DNA of 63,464 nt, counting the filler, from Octopus bimaculoides (lineage: Eukaryota), in assembly GCF_001194135.2 (NCBI RefSeq). It is 5 parts of 5 records of this genome, joined end to end, with 100 filler letters (N's around TTAATTAATTAA, not from the genome) between each part and the next. Parts side by side here need not be neighbours in the genome. Positions count along the whole stretch, not along the records: positions 1 to 5,693 come from NC_068981.1; positions 5,794 to 24,636 come from NC_068995.1; 3 more parts are not named here. One strand, 5' to 3'. Below the pieces are notes generated by a model. That model ran no database searches, was not told where the DNA came from, and saw only the letters and a program-made list of their open reading frames with translations. The position numbers and the translations under genes were made by a program. Below are positions 1-11,140 of this stretch, one piece after another (the stretch's first letter is position 1; the number at the start of each line of letters is the position of its first letter).

Positions 1-271
1 CACTACTTATATTTATACTACTACTACCACTACTACTACCATCACTACTACTATTATTACTACTACAAGTACAGTTATTATTATTATTATTATTATCATC
101 ATCATTATTATTTAAACAAATCAGAAATGCCTCTGTTTAACCGGAATCTCGCTCAAAGGCTTGATTAGACTCACAAGAGATGTTGCATCTCTTTTACTAA
201 GCAAAACTTACATACATATTTACATACACATATACATTCATACATATACACAGACATTCATATATACACAC

Positions 272-330
272 ATACATACATACATACATACATACATACA
301 TACATACATACATACATACATACATACATA
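272..330. repeat. (CATA)n microsatellite abutting a Dong/R4 LINE 5' junction
   Basis: Perfect CATA array ending directly at the truncated LINE. Confidence 0.95.
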
Positions 331-750
331 AACAGGCTGGATGTTGTTGCTTGGGATAAACAAGAAAAAGTATGTACCGTCATAGAGGTCAGATGTCTTG
401 CTGATTTGAATATCTCTTTGAAAATCAAAAAGAAAGAGGATAATTATGGATAACCGCTGTGAAACCTGCAGCTTCTGTATCCAGATTATGAATTTACATT
501 TATACGAATAGTAACTGCTGCACTTGGTTTTGTGAGTAAATGCCTAAGTGACAACATGCATAAGCTAGAGTTTTCAGAAAAAGAAGTGAACCAATTCGGA
601 CATTACAAATATAATCTGGAAGTGGCACAGTAAAAATATGCAAGACTTTTCTCAAGTTAAAAAGGTGACTTTGTTTTTGTAACCTACATTCCACTGATAG
701 AACTATTTTTTGTTAGAAACGAGCTCCTTTCACGCAGGAAAAATCTAAAT
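331..750 (+). mobile_element. Dong/R4-clade non-LTR retrotransposon, 5'-truncated 3' end (restriction-like endonuclease region), degenerate
   Basis: Translates as NRLDVVAWDKQEKVCTVIEVRCLADLNISLKIKKKEDNYG..NLQLLYPDYEF..AALGFV..SGTVKICKTF; RLE-type RPD..E..K pattern, homologous to copies at 2.4-3.0 kb and 61.8-63.0 kb. Confidence 0.85.
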
Positions 751-769
751 ATTTAAATAATTGACACAG

Positions 770-908
770 GAGTGGCTATGTGGTAAGTAGCTTGCTTACC
801 AACCACATGGTTCCGGGTTCATTCCCACTGCGTGTCTTCTACTATAGCCTCGGGCCGACCAAAGCCTCGTGAGTGGATTTGGTAGACGGAAACTGAAAGA
901 AGCCGGTC

Positions 909-974
<66 letters not shown>

Positions 975-1200
975 GTGTGTATATGTTTGTGTGTGTGTGT
1001 TTGTCTCCTCAACATCGCTTGACAACCGATGCTGGTGCGTTTATGTCCCCCGTAACTTAGCGGTTCGGCAAAAGGCACCGATAGAATAAGTACTAGGCTT
1101 CCAAAGAATAAGTCCTGGGGTCGATTAGCTCGATTAAAAAGGCGGTGCTCCAGCATGGCCACAGTCAAATGACTGAAACAAGTAAAAGAGCAAAAGAGTA
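770..1200 (+). mobile_element. Composite tRNA-derived SINE, family A (head + (TA)n/(TG)n + 3' module)
   Basis: A-box-like gtggctatgtggta and B-box ggttcattccc; same architecture recurs many times in the window. Confidence 0.85.
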
Positions 1201-1734
1201 TTGATATCTCTCTATTTAGACTTCTCCACACAATGGGTGTTACATATACTTTTGCATCGATGAAACTATATCAAAGATGCTACGAACGGAAAGAAAGTAA
1301 CCAAAGCATATTCGACAAAAGAAAAAATATGACAGCTGGAGCTTTTCTCGAGCAATAATTTTCTCTAACAATACTGCAACTAACGTTCAGGATGCTTAGC
1401 TGTAGCGTAAACCCGAAAGGTCCTAACATTAGCAGCACACTTCCACAGTAATGAGTCGTGGCAGACTCATTACTTAGAAGAAGAGAGTGACTGCTGACAG
1501 CTTTTGAGTGCAGTTTGACATCAGACAGTATTTTCTAAATGGCCGCAAAAGAAAATTACATCAACCGAGTGTTTAAAAAGGAAGTGTATACCATCTTGCT
1601 GTTCGATAGTGTACGCTTTAGAAAGCCCTCGCTTACTGATGACCTTCTACGTTACTCCGGCAGTGCAGGTCTAGCATACCTAGAAATACGCTGATTACTA
1701 CACATGCGCTATAAACAGGAGGATGATATTGATT

Positions 1735-2135
1735 TCAAATTTTGGCATAAGGCGAGCAAGTTCAAGGGAGCGGGGGAAGTAGATTATATCAGCCTCAGTA
1801 CGCAACTGCTACTTAATTTATCGACCCCGGAAGTATGAAAGGCAAAGTCGACCTCGGCGGAATTTGAACTCAGAACGTAAACACAGACGAAATGCCGCTA
1901 AGTATTCTGTCCGGCGTGCTAACGATTCTANNNNNNNNNNGGCCCAAAATTTTGTGGGAGGAGGCCAGTCGATCATATCAACCCCAGTACGCAACTGGTA
2001 CTTAATTTATCGACCCCGAAAGTATGAAAGCAAAGTCGACCTCAGCGGAATTTGAACTCAGAACGTAAACACAGACGAAATGCCGCTAAGTATTCTGTCC
2101 GGCGTGCTAACGATTCTACCAGTTCGCAGCCCTCC
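1735..2135 (-). mobile_element. Two SINE family B copies separated by a 10-N gap
   Basis: Reverse complement of ggcggcgagctggcagaaacgttagcacgccgggcgaaatgc...gttctgagttcaaattccgccgaggtcgactttgcctttcatcc consensus. Confidence 0.85.
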
Positions 2136-2399
2136 AGGAGGATAATATTAATCTGAAGTGTACCCTCTCTTGGACTTGAGTGCGCTATTTTACGTCACAT
2201 CTCTAAGATTACGCTTTCGCAATTCAAAAGCAATAGTTAACAACACAATATCTCATGAACAAACAAGACAGTAGAGCCCCTTAATTCCCAAGATGCAACC
2301 GTATATCTTGATTATGTTACTTTTCAGTGGGCATAACACTTGAAATGTATGGTATTGCTGCTTAAACAATATATGATATTATCTGCAGAAAAGACTTCT

Positions 2400-2990
2400 T
2401 TTGAATAACTATAAACAACATTTCTGTTATTGAATACATACACATATCAATACATGGTGGGACATGTCCATTAAATCTTCTACGAAGTGCAAATATAACA
2501 GACCTGACATAGTTATTTGAGACGATGGAGAAAAATCATGTATAGTCATAGACTTTCTGAACAGCGCCTCTGAAATCGTTGAAAAAAAGAACATTTGTGG
2601 ATAACGTCTCCGAAACCTGCAGTTCCTTTACCTTGATTATACAGGGTGTCCACAAAGTTTGAGTATATGGAGTAAATAAAATCATAACATAATTAGATAT
2701 AAGAAATAATAATTTCTTAAAGTATGTGTTAATCCCCATGTACCCAGACTTTGTGGACACCCTGTATATTCACTTTAATACAAATGATTATTAATGCATT
2801 GGTTATGTTCGTAAATGACTAAGTGACAATCTGACAAATCCTGGCAATGAAATAACTTGGCTAACATGAGCTTTACAAATATAACCTGTGAGTGGGACAG
2901 TAAAAATATGCAAGACTTCTCAACATGTACCACTTATCTCTGTGGTTATCAAAATTCTAAGGATGGAGTTCTGTTTCTTATAGGAAGAAT
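2400..2990 (+). mobile_element. Dong/R4 LINE 3' fragment interrupted by a MITE
   Basis: WWDMSIKSSTKCKYNRPDIVI..RLRNLQFLY..ALGYV..SGTVKICKT motifs across frameshifts. Confidence 0.8.
2642..2764. mobile_element. Tc1/mariner-type MITE, 123 bp
   Basis: ~29 bp TIRs CAGGGTGTCCACAAAGTYTGRGTAYATGG; TA on both sides (2640-2641, 2765-2766). Confidence 0.9.
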
Positions 2991-3869
2991 TCTAATAAAT
3001 AAATGAATGAATAAGTAAATAAATAAATCACGAACATATATATACATATGTATACATACATGAAGATGTATGTAGATAGACATCAGTGTAAGTACACTAC
3101 TAACACGAATCATTCATGAACACATTCAGTGATACAAGATAAAAGGTATGAAGAGTAGAGGCAGCAGTAATAGCAGCAGTAACCGAGTATATATAAGCAG
3201 AGAGCTAGAGAACCAATGTTGCAGAACGCAAGCCGAAACTTGCAACTGAATCTAAATGTTGGCTTCAGAAATAGATATTTCACGTCTCAATATTTGGTCA
3301 GTTCTATTTGTATTCACTTTTCAAGTTTGCAATCAAAGAGAACCGGTGTGCTCTGGATGATAATTTCTATTTCGTATTATTACATAGCGGTTTCAATATC
3401 ACAGCGAAGAGATTTTTTTTTTTTAATTAATTTAGTTTAAAGGAAAATTGGTCTATGGTCTATGATCATAAATATTAATTTCTTTACTTATTTTATGAAC
3501 AGCAGTGTCGTTGCTTATAGATCTTCAACGGGCTCAATCACTGGTTCACTGAGGCGAGAGTAACAAGGAAGAATCTATGCCGCTCGGGTGGAACAAATAC
3601 CACGTGGTATTTAGGGTTTCCGGAGGGAATAGGGACCAATATTCAATAAAGTTTGATGTCCAGTAGATTCTATATAACGTATAGAATTGTAGTTTCTTTT
3701 TAATTTAAGCTATGTCATTCAATAAGATTTATTGACTGTTATAAATTTAATTAAATATAAATAGTTCGTTTCTTCATTTGTGGAAATATATCATTTATAG
3801 TTACCTTTGACTTATTCTTATTTTCTATTCACCGAATTCTGAAAGTATTGTGATTATCAAAAACAAAAA

Positions 3870-4070
3870 TAAAAAGAAGTGGATGTGACCATTCATATAT
3901 TCAATATGGATTCACATCTAACATCATGAAAGGAGATGAAAAACCTCAAAATGGTGTCTGTAACAAAGCACTGCTAAACGATTCAATGAAGCCAACGAAG
4001 TTAAAGCACCATTCTCAGGATGTTCATGTTCAACACAAGGTCAAGGATAAAAGCGTATTTTTTTTTTGTG
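3870..4070 (+). mobile_element. hAT (Charlie/Buster-like) transposase N-terminal BED-finger fragment
   Basis: YIQYGFTSNIMKGDEKPQNGVCNKALLNDSMKPTKLKHHSQDVH matches the Y.YGF..PQC..C...L.N..MKP.KL.RH pattern. Confidence 0.75.
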
Positions 4071-4326
4071 GGGGGGGTCATCGGAATGCTCTGGAAAAAG
4101 GATTTCCAGACGATTAAACTCATTGTTCGTTTTCTTGTAGGAAAAAATTCTCAATGTGCAACCATTGAACTCTCGTCAAGTATTGGCCCTGTTTGAAAAA
4201 ATGAATATATATACACATAACTGCATCATCCTGGTCACGAACGTAATGGGTGTTATCAATAATTGTTTCTATGTTTGAAGAGAGATAAAGTGTTACGTTA
4301 TATGTGTGAATGCATCTCTATCTCTT

Positions 4327-4366
<40 letters not shown>

Positions 4367-4734
4367 GATATATATATATATATATACATATATAATGCAA
4401 ATAGTAAAATATAAGGCAAATAAGAAGATGGAGAGGATAATCAATCGACAAACATCAGCCTGTAAACGTTCATGTAGAACTATTTATTAATTGATTATAA
4501 TCATATGTATAAGTAATCAAAATAAACAAATGAAATAAGCAACTAAACAAGTATATAAATAGATAAATAAAAATAATTAAATAAGAATAAATGAGTGAAC
4601 AAATACTAAACTCTTACAGCTGTTTCTACTATGGGGCTGTCTAATCTGCGAAGTTTTCCACTTCATACCAGTAATATACAGGGATTGTACGAATGTTGAA
4701 CAAACATTATATTTTAGCACAAGAGTCACAGTCC

Positions 4735-4880
4735 GGTAAGAAGCTTGTTTCCCAACCATATGGTTCCGGGTTCAGTCACACTACGTGGCAACCTGGACAA
4801 GTGTTTTCTAACATAGCAACAGCCGATCAAAACCTTGTGAGTCGATTTGGTGGATGGAAACTGACAGAAGCTGGTCGTAT
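4735..4880 (+). mobile_element. SINE family A head (partial)
   Basis: ggtaagaagcttgtttcccaaccatatggttccgggttcagtc...ggaaactgacagaagc. Confidence 0.8.
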
Positions 4881-4986
4881 ATATAATATATATACACATA
4901 TATATATTGTTTACACACCCGTTTTGTTTGTTCTTGTTTTTTTATAAATTCCAACNNNNNNNNNNGGTGAAAGAGTACAGCAGGAT

Positions 4987-5130
4987 TCGCCACCATCCCC
5001 TGTCGGAGCCTCGTGACACTTTAGGTGTTTCCGCTCAATAAACACTCACAACGCCTGGTCTGCAAATAGGAACCGCGATCCTATGACCGCGAGTCCGCTG
5101 CCCTAACCACTGGGCCATTGCGCCTCCACA
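4987..5130 (-). mobile_element. tRNA-derived SINE, family C head
   Basis: Minus strand gtggaggcgcaatggcccagtggttagggcagcggactcgcgg (A-box) followed by degenerate B-box; no complete cloverleaf. Confidence 0.7.
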
Positions 5131-5640
5131 CAAAAGTAACATACTTATACAGCTAAATATATCAAAACCGAGCGAAAGATTAAAGGTCACTCTATTTTAG
5201 GCTTTTAAGCTTGTAAATTTACACGGTAGAAATATAAAGGCAAATTGTAATTGGCATACTTTTCATGACATATTTTTCGGAATTCGTCATTCAATATTTG
5301 CTATGTCAGCGTAGATATGCATGTATGTTCTCTTAGATGTATGTATTATTCGTGTATGTGGCTACGTAGGTTTTTTCTTTGTTTTGTAGTTTTTTGTTTG
5401 TTTGTTTTTGCCTACTAGGTATAGGGACATGTCACGAGAATGAAAGCAAACATCCATTTTTGTTGACCAGTTACGCCCCCTGTTGTTATTTACTCTTACT
5501 AAAGCGTTTTATTATTATTTTTTTATATTTCTCGAATACATACGCATAAAATATAAACACACGTAAACACATATGTACACACATACCTAAATACGTCTAA
5601 ACGTGTAAGTACACACACACACACATACATACGTACATAC

Positions 5641-5693
<53 letters not shown>

Positions 5694-5737
5694 NNNNNNN
5701 NNNNNNNNNNNNNNNNNNNNNNNNNNNNNNNNNNNNN

Positions 5738-5749
5738 TTAATTAATTAA
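5738..5749. other. TTAATTAATTAA spacer inside N-gap (assembly artefact; also 24681-24692, 33599-33610, 45861-45872)
   Basis: Identical 12-mer flanked by Ns on both sides four times; stops in all six frames. Confidence 0.9.
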
Positions 5750-5793
5750 NNNNNNNNNNNNNNNNNNNNNNNNNNNNNNNNNNNNNNNNNNNN

Positions 5794-5831
<38 letters not shown>

Positions 5832-6739
5832 TATATATATATATATATAATTATAAATATTAGTAGTGCTTCCTGCATGAATGCAATGCAGGCTTAAAAT
5901 ATATAAATGAATGCAATTAACAAATTTGATTTTAATATAAACATTTCATTCTGATGAGAGACAGCTGGAAAGGGAGTGCATACAGGCCATGTGTACCTTA
6001 TTTCAATTTTCTGGTTCTGCTTTTTTAAAATTGCCTGCTCTAGCATAACTACCCCAGAGTTACCCTTGATATATATATATGTGTGTATCGTACTTAATGT
6101 ATATACATTGTTGACAGTGTTTTAATGTGGTATTCATCTGAGATAACATCTCAGATGTGCTGTGTTTAAAAACATGTTTACATATCAGAAAATGAAGATC
6201 ACCCCAGTAGTGGTTAGCAAGAATGCCTAATGCCCTTTGACCTAGATGGCAATTTTAATACTTCTTCAATTGTTTATAAACACATACATACATAATCCCT
6301 CCAAATATTTTCCACCATTCTAACTTTTAGCTTTCTCATTTTTACATCTGTTTTCCATGCTGGTTGGAAGGTTGTTGCTGTTTTCTGGAACGGATTGGAA
6401 GATCACTTCTCTTTTAGAAGTTTTTATTTTTGGTTTGAGTTTTGGACGCCCTTCCTAACACCAGCCACTTTACCAGAACTAGAGAGGGTGATAGGAAATG
6501 AGATAGTGATGGAGATAGCAAAAGGTGATTTAACTCATTATCATTTTGAGATGTGCTGTGTGTCTTTCAATTATTTTAAATGTAATGAAGAATTTAGTAA
6601 AAATAACTTAGTTATCATTAAGTTAGTGTTAGGATCATTAATTGTGACTAAGGTTTGGTGGAAGATTTTTATTCAAAGTTTTTGAAAGTAAGACATTTGT
6701 ATTATAGAGCTGGTTTCAATTGGGTTGGTAACAAAAGGG

Positions 6740-6949
6740 TTAAACCAGCTATATTGGGTCAAAATAGTCTGTTTTGTGTTCAAACTGACCAGATTCAGTC
6801 TCTCACACCTACGCTACAATGTCCTGTTAAAAGTAAACAATCCCATAATTGAAACCTCAAAGCTATGAGATTGTGCATGATTTATTCAAAATAACCATGA
6901 ATAAATAAGCATTACATTTGATGAACTAATCTGAATGTGAAAGGGTTAA
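6740..6949. mobile_element. piggyBac-like MITE family (other copies ~8410-8622, ~12724-12910, ~14544-14765)
   Basis: Shared ~200 bp body (ttactctgtcaaatgtaatgc...) and ends resembling TTAA-CCCT / AAGGG-TTAA. Confidence 0.6.
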
Positions 6950-7137
6950 TTGTGAGAGCAATTGATGAATGTTGATACCAGTCAACGAGTGGGAAGTATA
7001 GGTAGAGTGTACTGGGTACAACTGATATGATGAGGTCCCTTATGTGTGTATGCCTCAAGGTGGGTGCTAAGAATGAGAAAAGGCAGGGTGGAGAAGTGAA
7101 AAGAGGATCTGACAACAAACAGATAAATAGGGCTTAC

Positions 7138-7169
7138 CTAGTTGCACTGATGGCATAGCACAGTGACAT
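7138..7169 (-). CDS. Candidate 32-nt micro-exon, product unknown
   Basis: Acceptor tcattctcctcccactactcacag| and donor CTAG|gtaagc; no homology recognised. Confidence 0.25.
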
Positions 7170-7354
7170 CTGTGAGTAGTGGGAGGAGAATGATTGAGAG
7201 ATGAGCAAGGAATGATTATATATGTACATACATGTGTGTGAGTTTGTGTGTGTGTGTGTGTGTGTGGATATATATAATCTCATCACCTCATTTGGGGGTG
7301 GTTATGTTGGTGAGAAAAAGGGAAGTGTCAAATACTAAAATAATGTCATGCCTG

Positions 7355-7408
<54 letters not shown>

Positions 7409-8129
7409 NNNNNNNNNNNNNNNNNNNNNNNNNNNNNNNNNNNNNNNNNNNNNNNNNNNNNNNNNNNNNNNNNNNNNNNNNNNNNNNNNNNNNNNNNNNN
7501 NNNNNNNNNNNNNNNNNNNNNNNNNNNNNNNNNNNNNNNNNNNNNNNNNNNNNNNNNNNNNNNNNNNNNNNNNNNNNNNNNNNNNNNNNNNNNNNNNNNN
7601 NNNNNNNNNNNNNNNNNNNNNNNNNNNNNNNNNNNNNNNNNNNNNNNNNNNNNNNNNNNNNNNNNNNNNNNNNNNNNNNNNNNNNNNNNNNNNNNNNNNN
7701 NNNNNNNNNNNNNNNNNNNNNNNNNNNNNNNNNNNNNNNNNNNNNNNNNNNNNNNNNNNNNNNNNNNNNNNNNNNNNNNNNNNNNNNNNNNNNNNNNNNN
7801 NNNNNNNNNNNNNNNNNNNNNNNNNNNNNNNNNNNNNNNNNNNNNNNNNNNNNNNNNNNNNNNNNNNNNNNNNNNNNNNNNNNNNNNNNNNNNNNNNNNN
7901 NNNNNNNNNNNNNNNNNNNNNNNNNNNNNNNNNNNNNNNNNNNNNNNNNNNNNNNNNNNNNNNNNNNNNNNNNNNNNNNNNNNNNNNNNNCCAAGGTAAC
8001 ACCAACGTCCTCTCAACGATTAGCTGGAGAAGATTTTTAAAATGAGAATATCTGAAATAAACTGACTGCTCTCACAAACGAGAATACTAAAAATGAACCC
8101 GACCGCTCTCAAAAATTAAGTAAAAAACA

Positions 8130-8410
8130 GGAAAAATAATCCACATGAAAAGCCCTGGTAATGGTGCTACATGAAAAGCATTGGTGTTGGTGCCACATGA
8201 AAAGCAATGGTGCTGGTGTCATGTAAAAAGCACCCGATAGACTCTGTAAAGTGGTTGGCATTAGGAAGGGCATCCTGCTGTAGAAACCATGCCCCCAAAC
8301 AGACAATGGAACCTAATGCAGCTCCTAGTCTTGTCCTCTGTCAAACCATCCAACCCATGCCAGCATTGAAAACAGACATTAAATGATGATGATGATAATG
8401 ATGATGATGA
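8130..8410 (+). mobile_element. SINE family D / RTE 3'-tail element ending in (GAT)n
   Basis: ggcattaggaagggcatcc..tcaaaccatccaacccatgccagcattgaaaacagacattaaatgatgatgat. Confidence 0.8.
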
Positions 8411-8823
8411 TTACTCTGTCAAATGTAATGCTTAATTATCCATATTGTTTTCAATTAATTATGCAGAGGTTTGAGATTTCAATGACATGATTGTTTGTTT
8501 AGTGTTTGGAATGGCATTGTAGGATAGGCATGAGAGACTGGATCTAGTCAGTTTGAATATAAAATACAAACCAGTTCAAATATTTTGGCTAGATATGGCA
8601 GATTTAAATGCTAAAGGTTTAAAGGGATTATAATTTAAAACCTTCTCTCAGGTTTCCATGTCAATTTATGTTCCCAACACTTTAACAGTTATAAAATTAT
8701 TTTACTAGATTCTCCATTATGTCCGAAATTAATTGAAACAAAAGGTAATTTAGTTTAACAGAAATATAATAACAAAAAGACTAACCAAAAAAAAAGAGGG
8801 GTTAATATGAACAAGAACAATAC

Positions 8824-8883
8824 TTTGATTTTCACAGCTGATGCACAAACTATTCTTGGCCATCCTAGAACAGTGGCTTAGTG
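8824..8883 (-). CDS. Candidate 60-nt phase 1-1 exon (xLSHCSRMAKNSLCISCENQ), product unknown
   Basis: Acceptor ttttttttatttctatag|, donor AAA|gtattg, single open frame. Confidence 0.25.
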
Positions 8884-9217
8884 CTATAGAAATAAAAAAA
8901 AGTTCTGAATTCTCTTACTTAGGAAATGTGTAACTTCATGAATATAGTCAGTGTTATTAAAAAAATTAGTGGTTTACTCTGTTAAGTGTGTGTGTGATGA
9001 TTGGTTGAAATGGCTAAATGTCTAATGTTTCAAGATGTGGTTACAAAGACAATGATTTTATGGATATTAACCTAATTTTTAAAGTGCATATCTACACTTT
9101 TCCACCCAGTCTCTGATTGCCATTAGGTGTCTTATTTCTAAATATACACTCATTTGCTGGATCTGAACTAGGAGCTTTTATTTTTAATGAAGTGTGAAAT
9201 GAATAAATAATGCTTAC

Positions 9218-9306
9218 GTAAATGTCTGTCTCAATTGATTTTGATCTTTGATTGTCACCAGGTGTTACATTTCTCAATGTGTCCGTTGTGCCATGTTGAA
9301 TTCCAG
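9218..9306 (-). CDS. Candidate 89-nt exon (xGIQHGTTDTLRNVTPGDNQRSKSIETDIY), product unknown
   Basis: Donor TAC|gtaagc, weak acceptor tctag|, single open frame. Confidence 0.25.
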
Positions 9307-9614
9307 CTAGATAATTTACTGCTGAGCAAACTTTAGAAACGTCTCCCTTAAGTCACTGGGGTATGTTCCCCTAAGTCACTAGTATAGGTAGATGGGACCA
9401 ATATATCGAACTTCATAGTTTTCATATATCACAGACATCAATTTGAGATGGAAAGAAGACAACGAACAGAGGCACAAACTACATGTCTATCACATGTTGG
9501 ATGATGGTGTCACCAATTACACTACATTCATCTGGCTATACTATTTTGTAAGGTCACCATGATACTAATTAAGCTACAGAATGTTAGCCATTGCTTCTTG
9601 CTGAAATCACGTTC

Positions 9615-10025
9615 TGCTTGCTTACCAACCACATGGTTCTGGGTTCAGTCCCACTGCGTGGCACCTTGGACAAGTGTCTTCTACTATAGCCTCGGGTCGA
9701 CCAAAGCCTTGTGAGTGGATTTGGTAGACGGAAACTGAAAGAAACCTGTTGTGTATATATGTATATATATGTATGTGTGTGTATATGTTTGTGTGTCTGT
9801 GTTTGTCCCCCCCCCCCCACATCACTTGACAACCGATGCTGGTGTGTTTACGTCCCCGTAACTTAGCGGTTCAGCAAAAGAGACCGATAGANNNNNNNNN
9901 NNNNNNNNNNNNNNNNNNNNNNGTACCAGGCTTCCAAAGAATAAGTCCTGGGGTCGATTTGCTCGACTAAAGGCGGTGCCCCAGCATGGCCGCAGTCAAA
10001 CGACTAAAACAAGTAAAAAAAGTAA
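9615..10025 (+). mobile_element. Composite SINE family A
   Basis: Colinear with the 770-1200 copy. Confidence 0.85.
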
Positions 10026-10211
10026 AATGTTAGGGTATAATTTCAGGGAGATTTGGCTGCTATTTGAACAGGTTGTGTCACCATGTAGAGGTTACCTTGT
10101 ATGTATGTGTCTGTGTATTAATGTGTTCGTCTTCAATTACGAATTGTAGTTGTGACTCCAATTCGCATTGCTGTCTTTAGGTTTTTCTACTGACTTGTGA
10201 ATTGCAGAGCT

Positions 10212-10414
10212 TTTTAAAATTCTTCCAACCACTTGAATTATTTCAAATTTTCACCAGGTTTAAAAATTAAATTTTCTACAGTGATGTCATTTTGCATGCT
10301 GCTGATGAAAATCACATTCATTTTTTTTCCAAAATGCAAAATAACTTCACTAGAAAATTCGCAAAAAAAATCTGGATGTTTGAAATAATTCAAGTGGTTG
10401 AAAGAATTTTAAAA
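10212..10414. mobile_element. Foldback/MITE-like element with 36-bp inverted arms
   Basis: ttttaaaattcttccaaccacttgaattatttcaaa (10212-10247) vs its reverse complement at 10379-10414, one mismatch. Confidence 0.7.
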
Positions 10415-10809
10415 CGATCTTGAATTGCTTCTAATTTCCACTGTTGAATCCACTCACAAACTGCTACACTTAATTTCAGCACTACTCCACTCCAATATAT
10501 TTCCTCTCTCATCACCACCACTCCACAGTTAACTAGAATTACACGTTGCCCTCTAATTAATCTGTGTGTACATAATTATTGGTGCAGTCTTGTTTGACTA
10601 CTTGAGTTAAAATTCAATTCAGCCTGAGCGACAATGGGTCTTCTGTCTTGTCTGGTTACTTTGCTGATTAGAAAGATTATCTGGTTGTCATTACCTTGTT
10701 TCAGTCATTGTAGCTTTTAGAAAAATAAATATTCCTTGTAATCAACAAGTTCTATACCATGAGAGTAGTATTGATAAAAATGGGTATTAGTTATATATTA
10801 TTCCAGTCA

Positions 10810-11140
10810 CCTGCATCAACATCTTCATCATCATTTAGCTTCTGCTGTTCATGCTGGGTTAGACTGTTTGACTGAAACTGGTAATCTGTAAAACTACACC
10901 GGGTTCCAGTCTGATTTGGTTTGGTTTCTGCGGCTAGATGCCCTTCCTAACACTAACCACTCCAAGAGTGTATTGGGTGTTTTTTTACATGGCACCGGCA
11001 TCAGCCATGACTATGGTTTCACTTGGCTTGATAGGTCTTTTACTCAAGCACAGCATATTGCCAAAGGTCTCGGTCACTTATCATTGTGTCCATGAGGCTC
11101 AATGTTTGAAGGTTGCATTTTATGTGACAGTTATGTAACA
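10810..11140 (-). mobile_element. SINE family D / RTE 3' end
   Basis: Minus strand gaccgagacctttggcaatatgctgtgcttgag...aggaagggcatc...(GAT)n, colinear with 50990-51305. Confidence 0.75.

Noticed and set aside
1780-2120. Two SINE B copies sharing private variants across a 10-N gap
   Set aside because: Could be a local duplication but is equally a haplotype/assembly artefact; not resolvable without reads.
4987-5130. tRNA-like sequences (also heads of families A and B)
   Set aside because: A/B boxes present but no complete cloverleaf or acceptor stem; followed by SINE bodies and multi-copy.
5738-5749. Recurrent TTAATTAATTAA motif (4 copies)
   Set aside because: Always embedded in N-runs; behaves as a synthetic all-frame-stop scaffold spacer, not biology.
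7232-8040. Long ORFs of 200-350 aa here and at 16.2-17.3, 21.4-22.3, 29.5-30.3, 34.6-36.6, 44.1-44.9 and 58.1-58.7 kb
   Set aside because: They are open only because they run through N-gaps (X residues) and microsatellites.
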